DNA of 64,000 nucleotides, taken from Oopsacas minuta. Its lineage: Eukaryota; Animalia; Porifera. Within the stretch, counting starts at the first letter, position 1. The number at the start of each line of letters is the position of its first letter. The position numbers and the translations under genes were made by a program. Location: NCBI GenBank assembly GCA_024704765.1, contig JAKMXF010000144.1, positions 682,001 through 746,000 on the forward strand. Direction: 5' to 3'. Positions 44,903-57,900 of this stretch are shown piece after piece. The notes under the pieces were generated by a model, which saw nothing but the letters and a program-made list of their open reading frames with translations, was not told where the DNA came from and searched no databases.

Positions 44903-46362
44903 ATGAGTGACTCACCTGAATCAGCTCCAGTTCAGTCTATTATTCCAACTGATATTTCTCAGGCAGTAGAATCAGCTAGTCAAGACAGGAATTTAGTATG
45001 GTTTGGTTTAGATATCGGAGGCACATTGTGTAAGAGTGTATATTTTGAGACCGAGACGTCGCAGGATAAAGTAGAATCAAATGGAGATACGATTGATATT
45101 CAAAATCTCCAGCATTACCTAATGTCAAGTGAGACATATGGCTCGTCAGGAATTAGAGATTCTAAACTAATGCTGAAATGTGTTACTATTGGAAAGTTGA
45201 AAGGTAATCTGCATTTTATGAAGTTTGAAACACACCGCATGAAGGGAGCTATGGAGCTAGCTAGTAAGTTCAATAACGTGTCTAAGATAGTGCTAGCTAC
45301 TGGAGGAGGAGCTTATAAGTATAAGGAAGACTTCAAACAGACTCTAGGTTTGTACGTAATAGTATACAGAATAGATTTGGGGCTTCATTATTGATTTTTC
45401 TCATTGCTTTACGATATTGTTAGCTAAATACCATTATTTATACCTTTGTAATTTGAATACATATTATAGACAATAGCCATTCATAAGGTATTCTATTAAT
45501 ATTTAGGTGTAGAGTTAATCCAGTATGATGAAATTCACTCTCTTGTATTTGGTATACATTTCATTCTGGACAATGTATCAAGAGAAATCTTCTATTGGGA
45601 CAATCCTAACTTCAGTGATACTCCAGAGAAGAGGTTCCTCTCCCTGGCGCCAAGTAGTGTATACCCGTATCTAGTAGTCAATATAGGATCTGGAGTTAGT
45701 ATTATATTGGTCAGGTCTCAGAAGGATATTGAGAGAGTTGGAGGTACATCAGTTGGAGGAGGTACATTCTTAGGTCTGACCTCTCTGCTGACTGGGGTAA
45801 CTTCGTTTGATGAGGCTATTGCTCTAGCTGAGCAGGGAGATCATACCAAGGTAGAGTTATATATATCTTTGTGTATTTGTAGAATATTATTATCTACAGT
45901 GGAGTTCGCCTATTAGTAAATCGGTATTAGACGAATTTCTAATAGGCGATTACCACTTGGCTTATGAATTACTTCCACGTGTTTATTTAGGTTGATAAGT
46001 TAGTGAGAGACATCTACGGAGGATCGTATGAAAAATTTGGTTTACCTGGCACCTTAGTAGCTAGCAGCTTTGGAAACATGAATCTGGATGAGAAACGAGA
46101 AAAAGCTAAGAAGGAAGATCTGGCAAAAGCATGTCTCATTACAGTCACTAATAATGTAGGTTCTATAGCACTGTTATGTGCAAGGATTAGTAAAGTTGAG
46201 AGAATTCTTTTTGTTGGGAATTATCTGAAGAATAATGTGATGTCAATGAGACAGCTAGCATATGCAGTAGAGTATTGGAGTGGTGGTAAGAATAAAGCTC
46301 TTTTCTTAGAGCACGAAGGGTACTTCGGAGCAGTTGGCACTCTCTTACAACATATGAATTGA
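44903..46362 (+). CDS. PANK: Type II pantothenate kinase (PANK1/2/3-like), 3 exons (44903-45347, 45507-45850, 45991-46362)
   Basis: [47 protein letters not shown]|[27 protein letters not shown]; GT-AG introns in phase. Confidence 0.92.
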
Positions 46363-46519
46363 TAATCACAACATAGCTACATACAATGATGCTTTTAATT
46401 TTAAGAAATCAGATTTGTATTCTACCAAAGATGTTTTATATTTATCTCATATATTTCCTTAAATTTAATTACTCATTTACTGTATCCTTCTTTAGATTCT
46501 ATTTTCTTCAATTTTGAAG

Positions 46520-46699
46520 TTGTTAACTCCCGTTATATCGAAGCTCAAAGAACCGCGATAATTACTTGGATATTATCGATGGAATTTATGTTACTTGTGA
46601 CGGTTTGGGACCATATTTGTACAATTTTGTACTTCGAGTCCTCGATTTGAATGGTCATTCTCCTTGTTCGATATAACCGAGTATAACATGAGTTTACTG
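46520..46699. mobile_element. pogo/Tigger-like MITE
   Basis: TTAACTCCCGTTATATCGAA ... TTCGATATAACCGAG...GAGTTTACTG|TA; same family as 985-1136. Confidence 0.6.
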
Positions 46700-47070
46700 T
46701 ATTTCGCTTGTGAGTTGCGACCCTATAAATGTATTACAAACTAAAGGAACTCTTATCGCTAGGAAATATCCATTTTATGATTTGACTATACTCGCTAGCT
46801 AGTAGCTACCCTGTACAGCTTCTGCCAATACATTCTCTGCCTTACTCTCTTATTACCCCTAATAGACGGTAATTACACATCCTTAGAGTTCATTGTGAGA
46901 ATTACTCACACACATGTTATGGACTTTAATGGCATCTTTTTGATCTATTTTACATAGAAACTTCCTATATTCTATCTCTTCTTCACAAGAACACAGTATG
47001 TATAAGACTAGTATATTAGATGAATTCTCTGGTGAAGTTATATATCGCGGAATTATTTCGTAGACTAGCC

Positions 47071-48378
47071 ATGGCTTACAAATCTTTTAAATCGGTTTCT
47101 AATGATCCCTACTTGGAGCAGTTGTCTGCTATTAGACAGGATGTTTTGAGTAAATTCTCTTCCTTATACCAAACTCTAAAAATGAGAGAAATTGAAATAT
47201 TCGCGGAAATTGACAGGTTAGAAGCAGAATACAAAGGATATTACAGTGAATCTGAGTCTAAACTGAAGGAATTTTATAAAATGAAGAAATATGCAGACGA
47301 AGCTATCAAAGATAACGAAACTCAATCGCGGTTTTTAGCGTATATAGACACCAATTTGTGTCGGATTAAGAACACGCAAAAAGATCTAACCTCGTGGACA
47401 CTCCTATCCGTAAAATGGGGGCCATCTGGACATGATGATATCGTCAATTTAATCAATCAAATAACCATCACTTTAACTCAAGATGAAAGATCAACAGATA
47501 CTAATACAACCATGGATAATCTGTATTCTAAAAGGTGCCCAATTTTAAGAGGAGGCAAGATTGGCTCTATTAAGAAATTTGGTGATATAGTTCATCCTAA
47601 TCATCTAGCAATAGATCAGAATACAGGTAACATATACGTAGCTGATAGTAAGAAGAATAGTGTTCACGTGTTTACTAAGGAAGCTAAGTACTTGTACGTA
47701 GTCCCTCAAGATTTCCGTGTTCCTAGAGCTATTTGTTGTAGAAATAATCTACTCTATGTTGTAGAGAATGATTTTAACGCGAAATTTGTTTGTTTTAAAG
47801 TGTTGAATTTCGATGGATTTCTTCAGAATCAGGCTGTGCTGAAGTTTGGTAAAGATTTGGGGGAATTTAAGATAGTACCTTCGTTCGATATTTCTGAGAA
47901 AGATGAATGGTATGTCTGTGACTTGAAAGCAAACAGAATTCAAATATTTTCTAACAAACTTGAGTTCTTATGTGTCTTTGGAAACGATCGTCTACATGCT
48001 CCTACCAGTGTTCGTGTGCACATGAGTGAAATATTCGTGCTAGAATCCCCTACCTATGATATAGCTCCTCTCTCAATGAAAGGAGGATGTTCTATCAAAG
48101 TATTCAATGAATATGCAAGTCTATTATATGTAATTCCTCTTAAGGATGTTAAAGAAGCTTGGTATTTTGATGTAGATGCTAGCAGGAGACTAGTAGTTAG
48201 TGATATATTCGCTAACTGTATTAGGGTGTTGAATAAGAGTGGGGATATACTACACAAGATAGGAGGTAAGGGAAATAAGGAAGTTAAGCTTAATCAGCCA
48301 AAAGGTGTTATCTATACAACTGATGGTGATATAGTGTGTGTTTGCATGAATGAATCTGGATGTTTACAGTTATTCTGA
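47071..48378 (+). CDS. Coiled-coil + NHL-repeat protein, divergent copy 2
   Basis: IVHPNHLAIDQNTGNIYVADS, DLKANRIQIF, LNQPKGVIY; N-terminal coiled coil; an alternative ATG is at 47020. Confidence 0.8.
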   Translation: MAYKSFKSVSNDPYLEQLSAIRQDVLSKFSSLYQTLKMREIEIFAEIDRLEAEYKGYYSESESKLKEFYKMKKYADEAIKDNETQSRFLAYIDTNLCRIKNTQKDLTSWTLLSVKWGPSGHDDIVNLINQITITLTQDERSTDTNTTMDNLYSKRCPILRGGKIGSIKKFGDIVHPNHLAIDQNTGNIYVADSKKNSVHVFTKEAKYLYVVPQDFRVPRAICCRNNLLYVVENDFNAKFVCFKVLNFDGFLQNQAVLKFGKDLGEFKIVPSFDISEKDEWYVCDLKANRIQIFSNKLEFLCVFGNDRLHAPTSVRVHMSEIFVLESPTYDIAPLSMKGGCSIKVFNEYASLLYVIPLKDVKEAWYFDVDASRRLVVSDIFANCIRVLNKSGDILHKIGGKGNKEVKLNQPKGVIYTTDGDIVCVCMNESGCLQLF

Positions 48379-48566
48379 ACAGATTTTGATTCATTGCATG
48401 TTCCTTTGTTTTTTCCAGTTTATTTGTATTTATTCCATGATGAGCTAAGAAATATTTCTCAAATTGTATTTATAAGAAGTTCACTTGGATTCACCTAATT
48501 TTCGAGTAGATAACAAGTTTGTATTCAGTAGGAATTCATAGGGACTTATCAGGTGGATTATCTAGA

Positions 48567-49520
48567 ATGTTCTATCCTCTCAGATCCCTAATAACTCATC
48601 AGGTCTCTCAAGTTCCTAAATTACCAATTCTTAAAATTATCCGATACAAAGCTTTCCCAAAACTTATAACTCACATCCAGGCTGTGTCAGCTCCAATAAC
48701 AGACTCATACTCTCTGATCAAATACAACACACCCCCGCTCAGCTTCTCACAGGCTGTTGCTGCTCTTCGTGCTTATTCACTAGTTGACAAGGATGAATAT
48801 ATCAACTTGAAAATGAACATAAACTTATTCGATCCAAACAAAAGAAAACAAGTCGTGCAGCTGGGGCCCTCAGTCATTCTCTTCCCTAACCAATTTACAG
48901 ATGAATCTAGTGTATTTATTCTCTGTGGAGACGAGGAAGGAGATGTCGCCAAACAATCAGGGGCTACTGGTTACTTGGAAGAACGACATTTCAGTAAACT
49001 AGAATCAACGAAGTTGGAACATGATTATTATCTAGCTACAGAAACTGTTGCTGACGTCGTACGCACTATGGGGAAGTTATTCAAACAGAAAACACCCAAC
49101 AGGAGGAGAGGTAGTATTGTACACGCAGACAAGTTGAAGGAGGCTGTTCATCAGTTCCTCGCTACTACAGACTTGAACTTAGTAAAGTCTAAAACTGAAA
49201 AATTACAAGGAATACTGAATACGAGTTTTGGAAAGGTAAATTAGATAATTTATTTAACAATGAAACCTCTACAACTGGTATACTGTAATAATAATGCTAT
49301 TTACTACTATTCTATCCTTTAGCTCTCATTCACAGATACAATGTTATTAGAGAATTTAGACAAGATATTAGATAATCTGAAGGAGTATAAAGACCCCCGG
49401 CTAGAAACATTTATATTAAATGCCTCTTTAACCACTGAATACGGTCCTAGCTTTATTCTATCAGAAGATATCTATATGCGTGTTAATAACCACACCTCTG
49501 ATACATCAGGACTAATATGA
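48567..49520 (+). CDS. MRPL1: Mitochondrial ribosomal protein L1, 2 exons (48567-49235, 49323-49520)
   Basis: AVAALRAY..., ILFPNQF, AKQSGA, KTPNRRRGSI, LNTSFGK|LSFTDTMLLENL...LTTEYGPSF; GT-AG intron. Confidence 0.72.
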
Positions 49521-49795
49521 TAAATGTATTAGCATTGTGAAAATATTAATTATATTCGAATTCACTTATTACGTAATAATAGCTCTAAATTGGATTCAAT
49601 TGTCTAGCTATTGAGTAACGTTATAATACGCAGTAAATTTACATTTTCCATTGTCATTCTGACGTTTTATGCCTAACTAATATTCTTTGTAATCTATTGC
49701 AAAAGAACTTGAACTCTTATAAGTTAATTGGACTATGGATCTAATCTGTTCTCTTAGCAATTACTTGAAAAGCATGAATACTTTATGATTATTCA

Positions 49796-49920
49796 AAGTG
49801 GCGTAACCATCTTTGGCCGACTACTGACACACATCTGGCGCTACTGGAGCACTAGCAGATGGCATAATACCTGGCGTAATATAAAAAGGTGGTGCATGCG
49901 CCACCCTGTCTACGCCACTG
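49796..49920. mobile_element. 125-bp hAT-type MITE with perfect 8-bp TSD
   Basis: ATTATTCA|AAGTGGCGTA ... TACGCCACTG|ATTATTCA (TIR 9/10; TSD at 49788-49795 and 49921-49928). Confidence 0.8.
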
Positions 49921-51042
49921 ATTATTCATAAGTACATATGTCACAACCACGTGTCTCACCTTTGTCCTTATGTTTGATACAATTCTAGTAAATGCACATT
50001 TTACAGGTTTGGTAATTACATGCAGTGGGCGTTGTCTTACCCTTGAACTATAATCTAATTTGTAACTCAATATCTGAGCTCTATTTACGCTCTGCTCCTA
50101 TTCTCAGAATTATATTTTCCAACAATATTACTAGGCACGTAATCATGCACTAAAAGAATGGTAATTGCGCCACTGTGTCTAATATCTAACCTCATCCACC
50201 TTATCTACACCACAATTAATGCGTTCACTATTTATGCCATCAAAAATGCTGAAATAGAACTGACATAGATTTGAGAATGTTTCGCAAGTCTATTTCTGGC
50301 CACCACATTGAATTAATCATGAGTTAATTTCGAATAGGCCCATCTGTTAGGTATTGACTTGGCTTCACAAACATTTGAATAAATACCCCACTCACTTTGA
50401 TACCTTGTTTGTTTTTCACAATTCATTCAACTTCCTACTTCTTCAACACCTGTAGTACCACTCCTGAGTGTATTACTCTAATTGCTTTTACCAGGAAATT
50501 CTGAGGTATTTTATAGCTACGATTATTAGTGGGACACTTTACATTCACATATCACCTTAGTTGAATTGCAAATATTGTATAATTATAATTTTATGTACAC
50601 ATCATATACGTGTTACATTATGAAATCATTATAAGATTACATAGTGAATTTTTTCTAATATATCGCACTGAGAATGTGACGTCATCACGTTTATGTATCG
50701 GTAAAGACAGATTCAGTGTATTTTCTCAATGTGATTCGAATAGAAAACCTACATAAGGGGTGTTCAAAAGCTACGTGACGCTTCATAGGGTACTACAGGT
50801 AGTTGTAGCTAAGTGATATGATAGCAATACTGCTTGAAGGGTGTTGAATTTGTAGAAATTTCCGCTACAACTTCATTAGATAAAGTGTGAATATGCCAAA
50901 ATTATCAAATTTCATAAGAATATCTACGATTCCTTGGGTATTGGGTATAAATACTAATCCTCTTAAATCTTAACAATATAACACTTTTTAATAATCTCCC
51001 AGTTTGATTGTATAGGATCAGTGAAACCAGGTACTAGTTAGC

Positions 51043-51531
51043 ATGTCCGGTATTGCACTAGGTCGCCTCAGAGAAGAGAGGAAAGCTTGGCGGAAAGACC
51101 ATCCATTCGGTTTCATCGCAAGACCAACAAAAGCACCAGATGGGGATGGATCTCTCAATTTAATGTTATGGGAGTGTGCAATTCCAGGTAAGCAAGGAAC
51201 TGACTGGGAAGATGGCTTGTTCAAAATTAAAATGACATTCAAAGACGACTACCCTTCCTCGCCCCCTAAATGCAAATTCGATCCCCCACTCTTCCATCCA
51301 AACGTCTACCCGTCCGGTACGGTATGTCTCTCGCTGCTCGACGAAGACAAAGACTGGAAGCCTGCTGTAACTATAAAACAGATTCTGCTTGGAATACAAG
51401 AGTTATTGGACTCACCCAACATTAAAGATCCCGCCCAGGCTGAAGCTTATGTTGTGTTCACACAGAACAAAGAAGATTATACCCGAAGAATAAAGGAACA
51501 AGCCAAGAAGTTCAAACCTCTGCCTTCATAA
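51043..51531 (+). CDS. UBE2I: SUMO-conjugating enzyme Ubc9, intronless
   Basis: [24 protein letters not shown]...[16 protein letters not shown]...DPAQAEAY. Confidence 0.96.
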   Translation: MSGIALGRLREERKAWRKDHPFGFIARPTKAPDGDGSLNLMLWECAIPGKQGTDWEDGLFKIKMTFKDDYPSSPPKCKFDPPLFHPNVYPSGTVCLSLLDEDKDWKPAVTIKQILLGIQELLDSPNIKDPAQAEAYVVFTQNKEDYTRRIKEQAKKFKPLPS

Positions 51532-51967
51532 GTTATTTTTAGTACTGCCTCTATGTACTTCTCTCTGTCCTTAATTGATAGTTGTAAAGTTGAAATAATG
51601 ATCACGCTCGCGTTCCACCTTTTTGCATTCGGTATATGTCTCCTAATGCTAATCCCCATTCGATTCCTTATCAAATGGAAATTTAGATATAATTGTTAGT
51701 ATAATTTAATTACTGTAAGTACAATGCTAATGTATCTAATATTAGTGTTTAATGTGTTAATCAGCTGGGAAGAGGTTCAATGTGTTAGATTTAGTAATTT
51801 ACATAAACATATACGGTATAGTGAATTATACAAAGGGCTATGTTACTATATTGTCCAATTCTAATTCATATATGTTTAATGCTGTAGTAATAGCTAAAAG
51901 TTGGTAGAATTGTCTATACTGTGATTTTGTGTATCATATACACACACACAATATATTCGTAATTAGA

Positions 51968-53202
51968 ATGGCAAACTTAAGAGTAGATGAGAGAGACGAG
52001 TTTCTCTCGCATCTAGAATCTGTTCGTTCGAAATTATAGGTAGATTCTATCGAGCTCGCAGACTTCTCCAAGAGAGAGAAGAAGTTCTGTTATTTCAGCT
52101 GGATGAGATAAAGGATTCTTACAAACAGCAACTTGTTAGAAATGAACAGAGAAGAGAGCTTTTAGCTACCAGAGAAAATTTACAATCCTTTCTTAAAGGT
52201 AATCAAAATCAAGAGACTCTACTTGCAATGCTAGCTCCTCTTGAAGATAAACTGAGAGAAATGGAAGGGGGAATAGAAGAACTACAAGTAATTAAACTGA
52301 ATTGGAGCAGGGAAGGAGAACTAGAAAGTTTATTAAAAGACATAGGTACCTTCAAATTGAGCAAAGCGATAGATAGAGATTATACTAGAAAGGGCATTCC
52401 TGTACTTACAGCTTGTAAATACAGATTAAAGACTACTCAGTTCGGAGAATTTAATTGGCCCACTGTTATTGCAATACAACCTAAAACTGACAACTTATAC
52501 ATAGCTGATACTTTTAATCACCGTGTACAAGTTTTCAATAAATCTTGTGAATTTGTCATGTCTTTTTCAACTTTAATGGATCACCCTATTGGCATTTGTT
52601 TTCACGGAAGTAAGATACTTGTTACTCAATTCGTCGGTAATATCGTCAATATGTATACAACAGATGGTGAACTAGTAATGTCAATAGGAAGTAGAGGAGA
52701 GAAAGAACTTGAATTTGAACATCCTTTGAGAATCTGTATTTCTGAATGCACGACTAAGATTTATATTTGCGATTACGGAAATGATAGAGTTCAGGTTTTA
52801 AATAGTGACTTCACGTTTAATTCTTTTATGTTTCGGACCAAGCCTAGAGACGTTAAAGCTAGAGGAGATCAGATATATATTCTCAATGAGAATAATCCCT
52901 GCCTTCATGTGTACAACTATGAACATCAGTTAATTAGAGATTTGATTTCTTTTGGCAATGAAACGAGTCAAATTTATAGTTCTGATCATTTCTGTATTGA
53001 TCACAATTCAAACATTCTGATTTCAGATAGAAAAAATTGTTGTGTGGTTGTGTTTAACAAAATCGGCAACATCATTCACAAATTCGGGAGAAGAGGAAGC
53101 AAACCTGGCGATTTGATCGATCCACGAGGGATTGTAATAGATAGAGAAGGCAGGATAATAGTAGCATCTCTAAATCCTGACAATTGTATACAGTTCTTTT
53201 GA
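51968..53202 (+). pseudogene. Coiled-coil + NHL-repeat protein, copy 3 (paralog of 40287), with one frameshift near 52029
   Basis: MANLRVDERDEFLSHLESVRS then a shift to EIIGRFYRARRLLQEREE...AMLAPLEDKL, colinear with copy 1; the NHL ORF 52228-53202 is intact. Could be a sequencing indel. Confidence 0.65.
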
Positions 53203-53587
53203 TATAGTAGTAAGTGTGTATATTACTGAACATTCAATGATAATGTACTTAGTTCATGTAATTGTACAATTCTTAATTCCTAAAATTGCACATATTTACA
53301 TTCGCATTTCACCAGGTGCACACATAGCAGAATATCATGAAACTTTTTAGTGCAGCTCCTATAGGGAAGTTGGCATGGATGACTGGCTGTAACACGTTCC
53401 TTGGATCCTGCGAAATCGAGCAATTCGATTAAAATTAAAATTGCCACAGACTAGCTTACGGACAGGGAGATTATTCGAAGTGAAAATTGTTCACTCTCGA
53501 CCCCAAATTCTATGAAATGTCTTCACTAAATTACTAAAACATAATTATTTAGTTACTATTGTAATTACTAATTTTACTTGAAGTGAG

Positions 53588-54412
53588 ATGGCTAGTATAT
53601 TACCAGGTAAGAAGATAGCACTAGTGACTGGGGGAGGAAGTGGTATAGGCAGAACTACTGCTGTCAAGTTCTCTATAAACGGATACAATGTGATAGTAGC
53701 AGACATTGATAAGAAATCAGCTGATCAGACTGTAGAATTATTGAAAACAGAAGGATTAGCTGTTGAGGTTGATGTCACAATTGAATCTCAGGTGGAGGCA
53801 ATGGTGAAAGCAGGTGTGGATAGGTTTGGTAGAATTGATGCCTGTTTTAATAATGCTGGGATTAACTGTAGCCATGCTGATATATCTAATGTATCTTATG
53901 AAGTTTTCTCAAAGGTCATGGATGTAAACGTAATAGGAACATTTCTATGCATGAAGCATGAACTAAAACAATTTCTACAACAAGAACCGTTAGAAATAGA
54001 GTTAGATAATAGTGTAGTAGATCCTAACGTTAGTGAGGCTCTACTAGCTAAATCGGCTCCTAAGCCAGTTAGAGGATATATTGTTAATATGAGTAGTATA
54101 GCTGGTGTTATGGGTGTTAGATTTATCTCTCCGTATGTAGCGTCTAAATGGGCAGTTGTGGGGTTGACAAAAGCCGCGGGACAAGAATACGCCTCTAGCG
54201 GTATTCTAATTAACTGCATTTGTCCAGCATTCACGGCCAGTAAGATGTCAGAACAGTTTAGTGATAGACTTAAAGGCAGTATAATATCTAGGATGGGTGT
54301 AGGGAGGTTCTGTACAGCTGCTGAGTTAGCAGAGATAGTCATATGGTTGTGTTCTGGGAAATGTACTTTCATGGCTGGAGAGGTTATCACCATCAGTGGG
54401 AGTTCTGTATAG
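53588..54412 (+). CDS. Classical short-chain dehydrogenase/reductase, copy A
   Basis: TGGGSGIG, NNAG, catalytic S...YVASK, INCICP. Confidence 0.9.
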   Translation: MASILPGKKIALVTGGGSGIGRTTAVKFSINGYNVIVADIDKKSADQTVELLKTEGLAVEVDVTIESQVEAMVKAGVDRFGRIDACFNNAGINCSHADISNVSYEVFSKVMDVNVIGTFLCMKHELKQFLQQEPLEIELDNSVVDPNVSEALLAKSAPKPVRGYIVNMSSIAGVMGVRFISPYVASKWAVVGLTKAAGQEYASSGILINCICPAFTASKMSEQFSDRLKGSIISRMGVGRFCTAAELAEIVIWLCSGKCTFMAGEVITISGSSV

Positions 54413-54747
54413 CTAATGGACTTTACTCGTATACATGTAGGGTAAATTTGATATTATTATTTTTAAGATTACATTTTCAGATTTGAGTATTCTGTTTACT
54501 TTATATGATTAACCATTTGCTTACAGCTGAGTACTGTTTTTTATCCTGATTATCTTTGCAACGAATCAGAAACTACGAAATACAATGTTACTTCGTTGAT
54601 ATGAACACCAACGGACAGTCAAATTTTGTTTGCCTTATCTGGAGTAATACCATTTGGATATCCATTGTAGGGACCTGATTATTTGCGAATATTTGTTCGC
54701 CTTATCTGGAAATTCGTATTAACGAGGTTCCACGGTAGCAATAAATA

Positions 54748-54820
54748 CAGTGGAACTCGGATAAGACGTATCCTTCGGCTGGAACTACCCGAGTATACGT
54801 CTTATCCGTCATATCTGAAT
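54748..54820. mobile_element. Degenerate copy of the 24597 MITE family
   Basis: TA|CAGTGGAACTCGGATAAGACGT ... ACGTCTTATCCG. Confidence 0.55.
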
Positions 54821-54911
54821 TCTACAATAATAAGATAAATATAAATTGCTCTTAAGCTAAAGGTATGATGTGATATGAAATTTTGATGATTTTATTGAGA
54901 ATTCATTAGTA

Positions 54912-57900
54912 ATGGCGTTCAGAGAAGTAGAAACAGATCCACTCCTACATCCCACTAATTACAGTGACCAATCTGATCAACCTGTAGAAGATAACGTAAT
55001 ACAGGATAAGCTGGACTCTTTAGATGTTAAGCGAGAAGAATATGAGTATCTAATTGGCCAGGGAGTAAAGCTTCTGGAAAAGCCGAATATATTAGCAAAG
55101 AAACTAAAGATAGATATAGATAAAGCCACAAAGATTATTCAAACTATCAAATCGTTTCAAAGTGATTCTCATGGTTCACAAGCTAATCTCATGTCTGATT
55201 TTAGGAAAATAGCTAAGTGTTTGAAAGAAAATCCTGATGAAGACGATCCTGAAGATTTATCGTTACTCTGTGGGGTTGAAGTAGGTATTGTTTATAGATT
55301 TTTTGAATCACAACCACTTGGCGCTAACCAAAAGGCTGCAATAAAGGAGAAATTTAATATAGGGAATTCTGTCCCTGATATTGCGAAGTTGTTAGGGCTG
55401 TCAAATCGAAAAGTTAAGAAACATGTAGAAAGCACATTTCTAACATTTACTTGTGAAGAAGGGGAGAGAAGTTTGCAAATCATACAGAAATATAAAAGTA
55501 TTGAAATTCCTAAACTACGTGAATCGGTTATTTCTAATGACCTCAAATTTCGAAATGATATTTATAAAATTCCAGAAAAGGAAAAAAAATTGTAAAAGAA
55601 TATTTTCAAAAATTTGCAGAGTCGAGATCTTTCTTTGATTGTGATATGAAACTAACCATGGATGATATTTCTCTAATTAACCAGAGTAATAACTGTGATA
55701 ACATAGAACATATCAGTAATAGAATACAAAAAGTAGAGACAGTTATAAGAGAATATCTTGAACAATACCAACCAAACCAGGTAGTTACAAATTTCTGTAC
55801 AGAATTGCAAAAAGAGAAAATTCAACAAGTTGTAACTGATTTTGGAGAAGATAAACTAACTTTTCATTCTTATAGAATGATAATTTCTAACTCATTCGAA
55901 AGCATGATAGATGATGCGAAAGAAAATGAAACTCCTAGGGATGTGTTCAGGCAGGTGTTACCGCTAGCTTTCTATTATCTTAAATGCAGTCTCCCTTTCG
56001 AAGATATCACACAAATAATAGCCAATGCTAGCAATCTCATACTCACTACTCACGATCTGTTCCATATAATATTTCAATTATCAGAACCAGTTTTAAGAGG
56101 TTTCTGCATTGAACATTACTCATTCAGTAATTCTGTTCCTTTCTATTACCCGATACTACCCAGTAAATCATTGAAACAAAAAGACACAAAATTTGCTATC
56201 TGTAAAGAGCTATGGTATTCTCTGCAGCAGTTCAATGGATTGGTTTCATTCGGACTGGGGAGAGCTGGTTGGAATCCTGTTGGAAAATCTTATTTACTCG
56301 ATTTTATCTTTGAGACAGATTTTGTTAAAGGAAATCCTCAAAACAGTACTTTTCATTTCAATTCTATTGATATTCAAATGACTAAAAATTTGTTTGGAAA
56401 AATGAAAAATACATCTGATGCTGAATCTATCAAATGGGCTTATATTGACTGTCATAGACAAACCAATCATACAATCCTTAAAATCATTTGTCAACACTTG
56501 GATATTGCGTTAGTTCATATAACAAATGATGATTTTATGAATAACAAGTCAGAATTAAATTCAGATATTAAACGTTTATTGGGATCCGTTAAACACTGTT
56601 ATTATCTTGTCAGAGATTACAAAGATACTAAAGTAAAAATAGAAAGTGTCCAGCGTGGGTCTACATATGAAAAGTATTATTTCATTCCTAATCTGACCAG
56701 ACAAGACACTAATAGCCATTCTGTTAGAAAATCTTTGAAAGAACTCGGCTACGAAATATTACATCTCAAAAATCCAAAAGTTGATCGGAAGTGGATTTCT
56801 AGACTCCGTGATGCCGAAGGATGATTATCAACTAGTAGATATTCTATCGGATAAACGTTTAATTAAACGAATCACGGATCAAGTTTGTCGTCAAGCTTTA
56901 ACTTGTAGTCAAGTTGAGGTCTCCTTTTTGAACTATTATCCACTGTTCGTTAACTTTATGCGGTTTTACTACGCAGCTCTCTACGAAACAGATCAAGGCA
57001 CTATTGATAATCTTAACATGGAAAGTGCTCAGCTTGCAAAGAAATTGCGTAATGCTAAAATCAGAAATGTTGTGCACGATTTCAAGGAGATTATCTCTAG
57101 AGAGAATTCAGCATTACTTTTGTGGAAACTGTCACAAGAACTTTCAATTCTCTCAAAGCAACACTCACAGTCTGGCAATGATACTCACGTACAAAAGAGC
57201 TCTAGATACAGTCTGGAAATATTTTGGAGAGAAGCTTTACTTTCGATTAAGTATGGAAGCTTCATTGATGAAGGAAGTAAGCGATTTAGAGAAGATTTCG
57301 CATTTAGTTATGGCAATCATGTAGAAAGAGGAGAACCATTTGAGTTGATCGATGGTGATAATCTTCGTTTTTTTAGTAAAGAAATTGACAATATGTTATT
57401 CGATTTATATCAGAAACAGATACAAGACTTAGAAAAAATAAATGAAGGCAAACATGTATTGATAAAGCAGGCCCCGATTGTGGTGAGTATATTTGGACCA
57501 CAAAGCTCTGGAAAATCAACGTTATTAAACTACTGCTTTGGCTGTAAGTTCCTAACCAGTGCTGGCAGGTGTACCAGAGGAATTTATGCTTCTCTCTCCC
57601 AATTGAGCAGAACTGTTGCCCTCACCAACCAGTTCCTTATCTTAGATACGGAGGGTTTAGATGGAATTGAGAGATCGAACGTCAGCGACAAATCTCATAT
57701 TCATTTTGACAGGACGATGGTTCTATTCTGCCTTGCTGTATCTCAAGTTGTAATTATAAATGTGAAAGGAGATATTGGTAGTGAAATGCAGAATTTGTTA
57801 CAAATATGTGCATATTCTTTGAACAAACTGAATGTTAGGAAAGTAGCAGCTCCCAAAATATTCTTTGTTTTGAATCAACAAGCTGACCCTGATCCAGACA

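Noticed and set aside
53588-54412. Horizontal transfer of the bacterial-looking SDRs (and of OvoA)
   Set aside because: Lack of introns is normal in this genome, OvoA is known from several animal phyla, and no phylogeny is available here.
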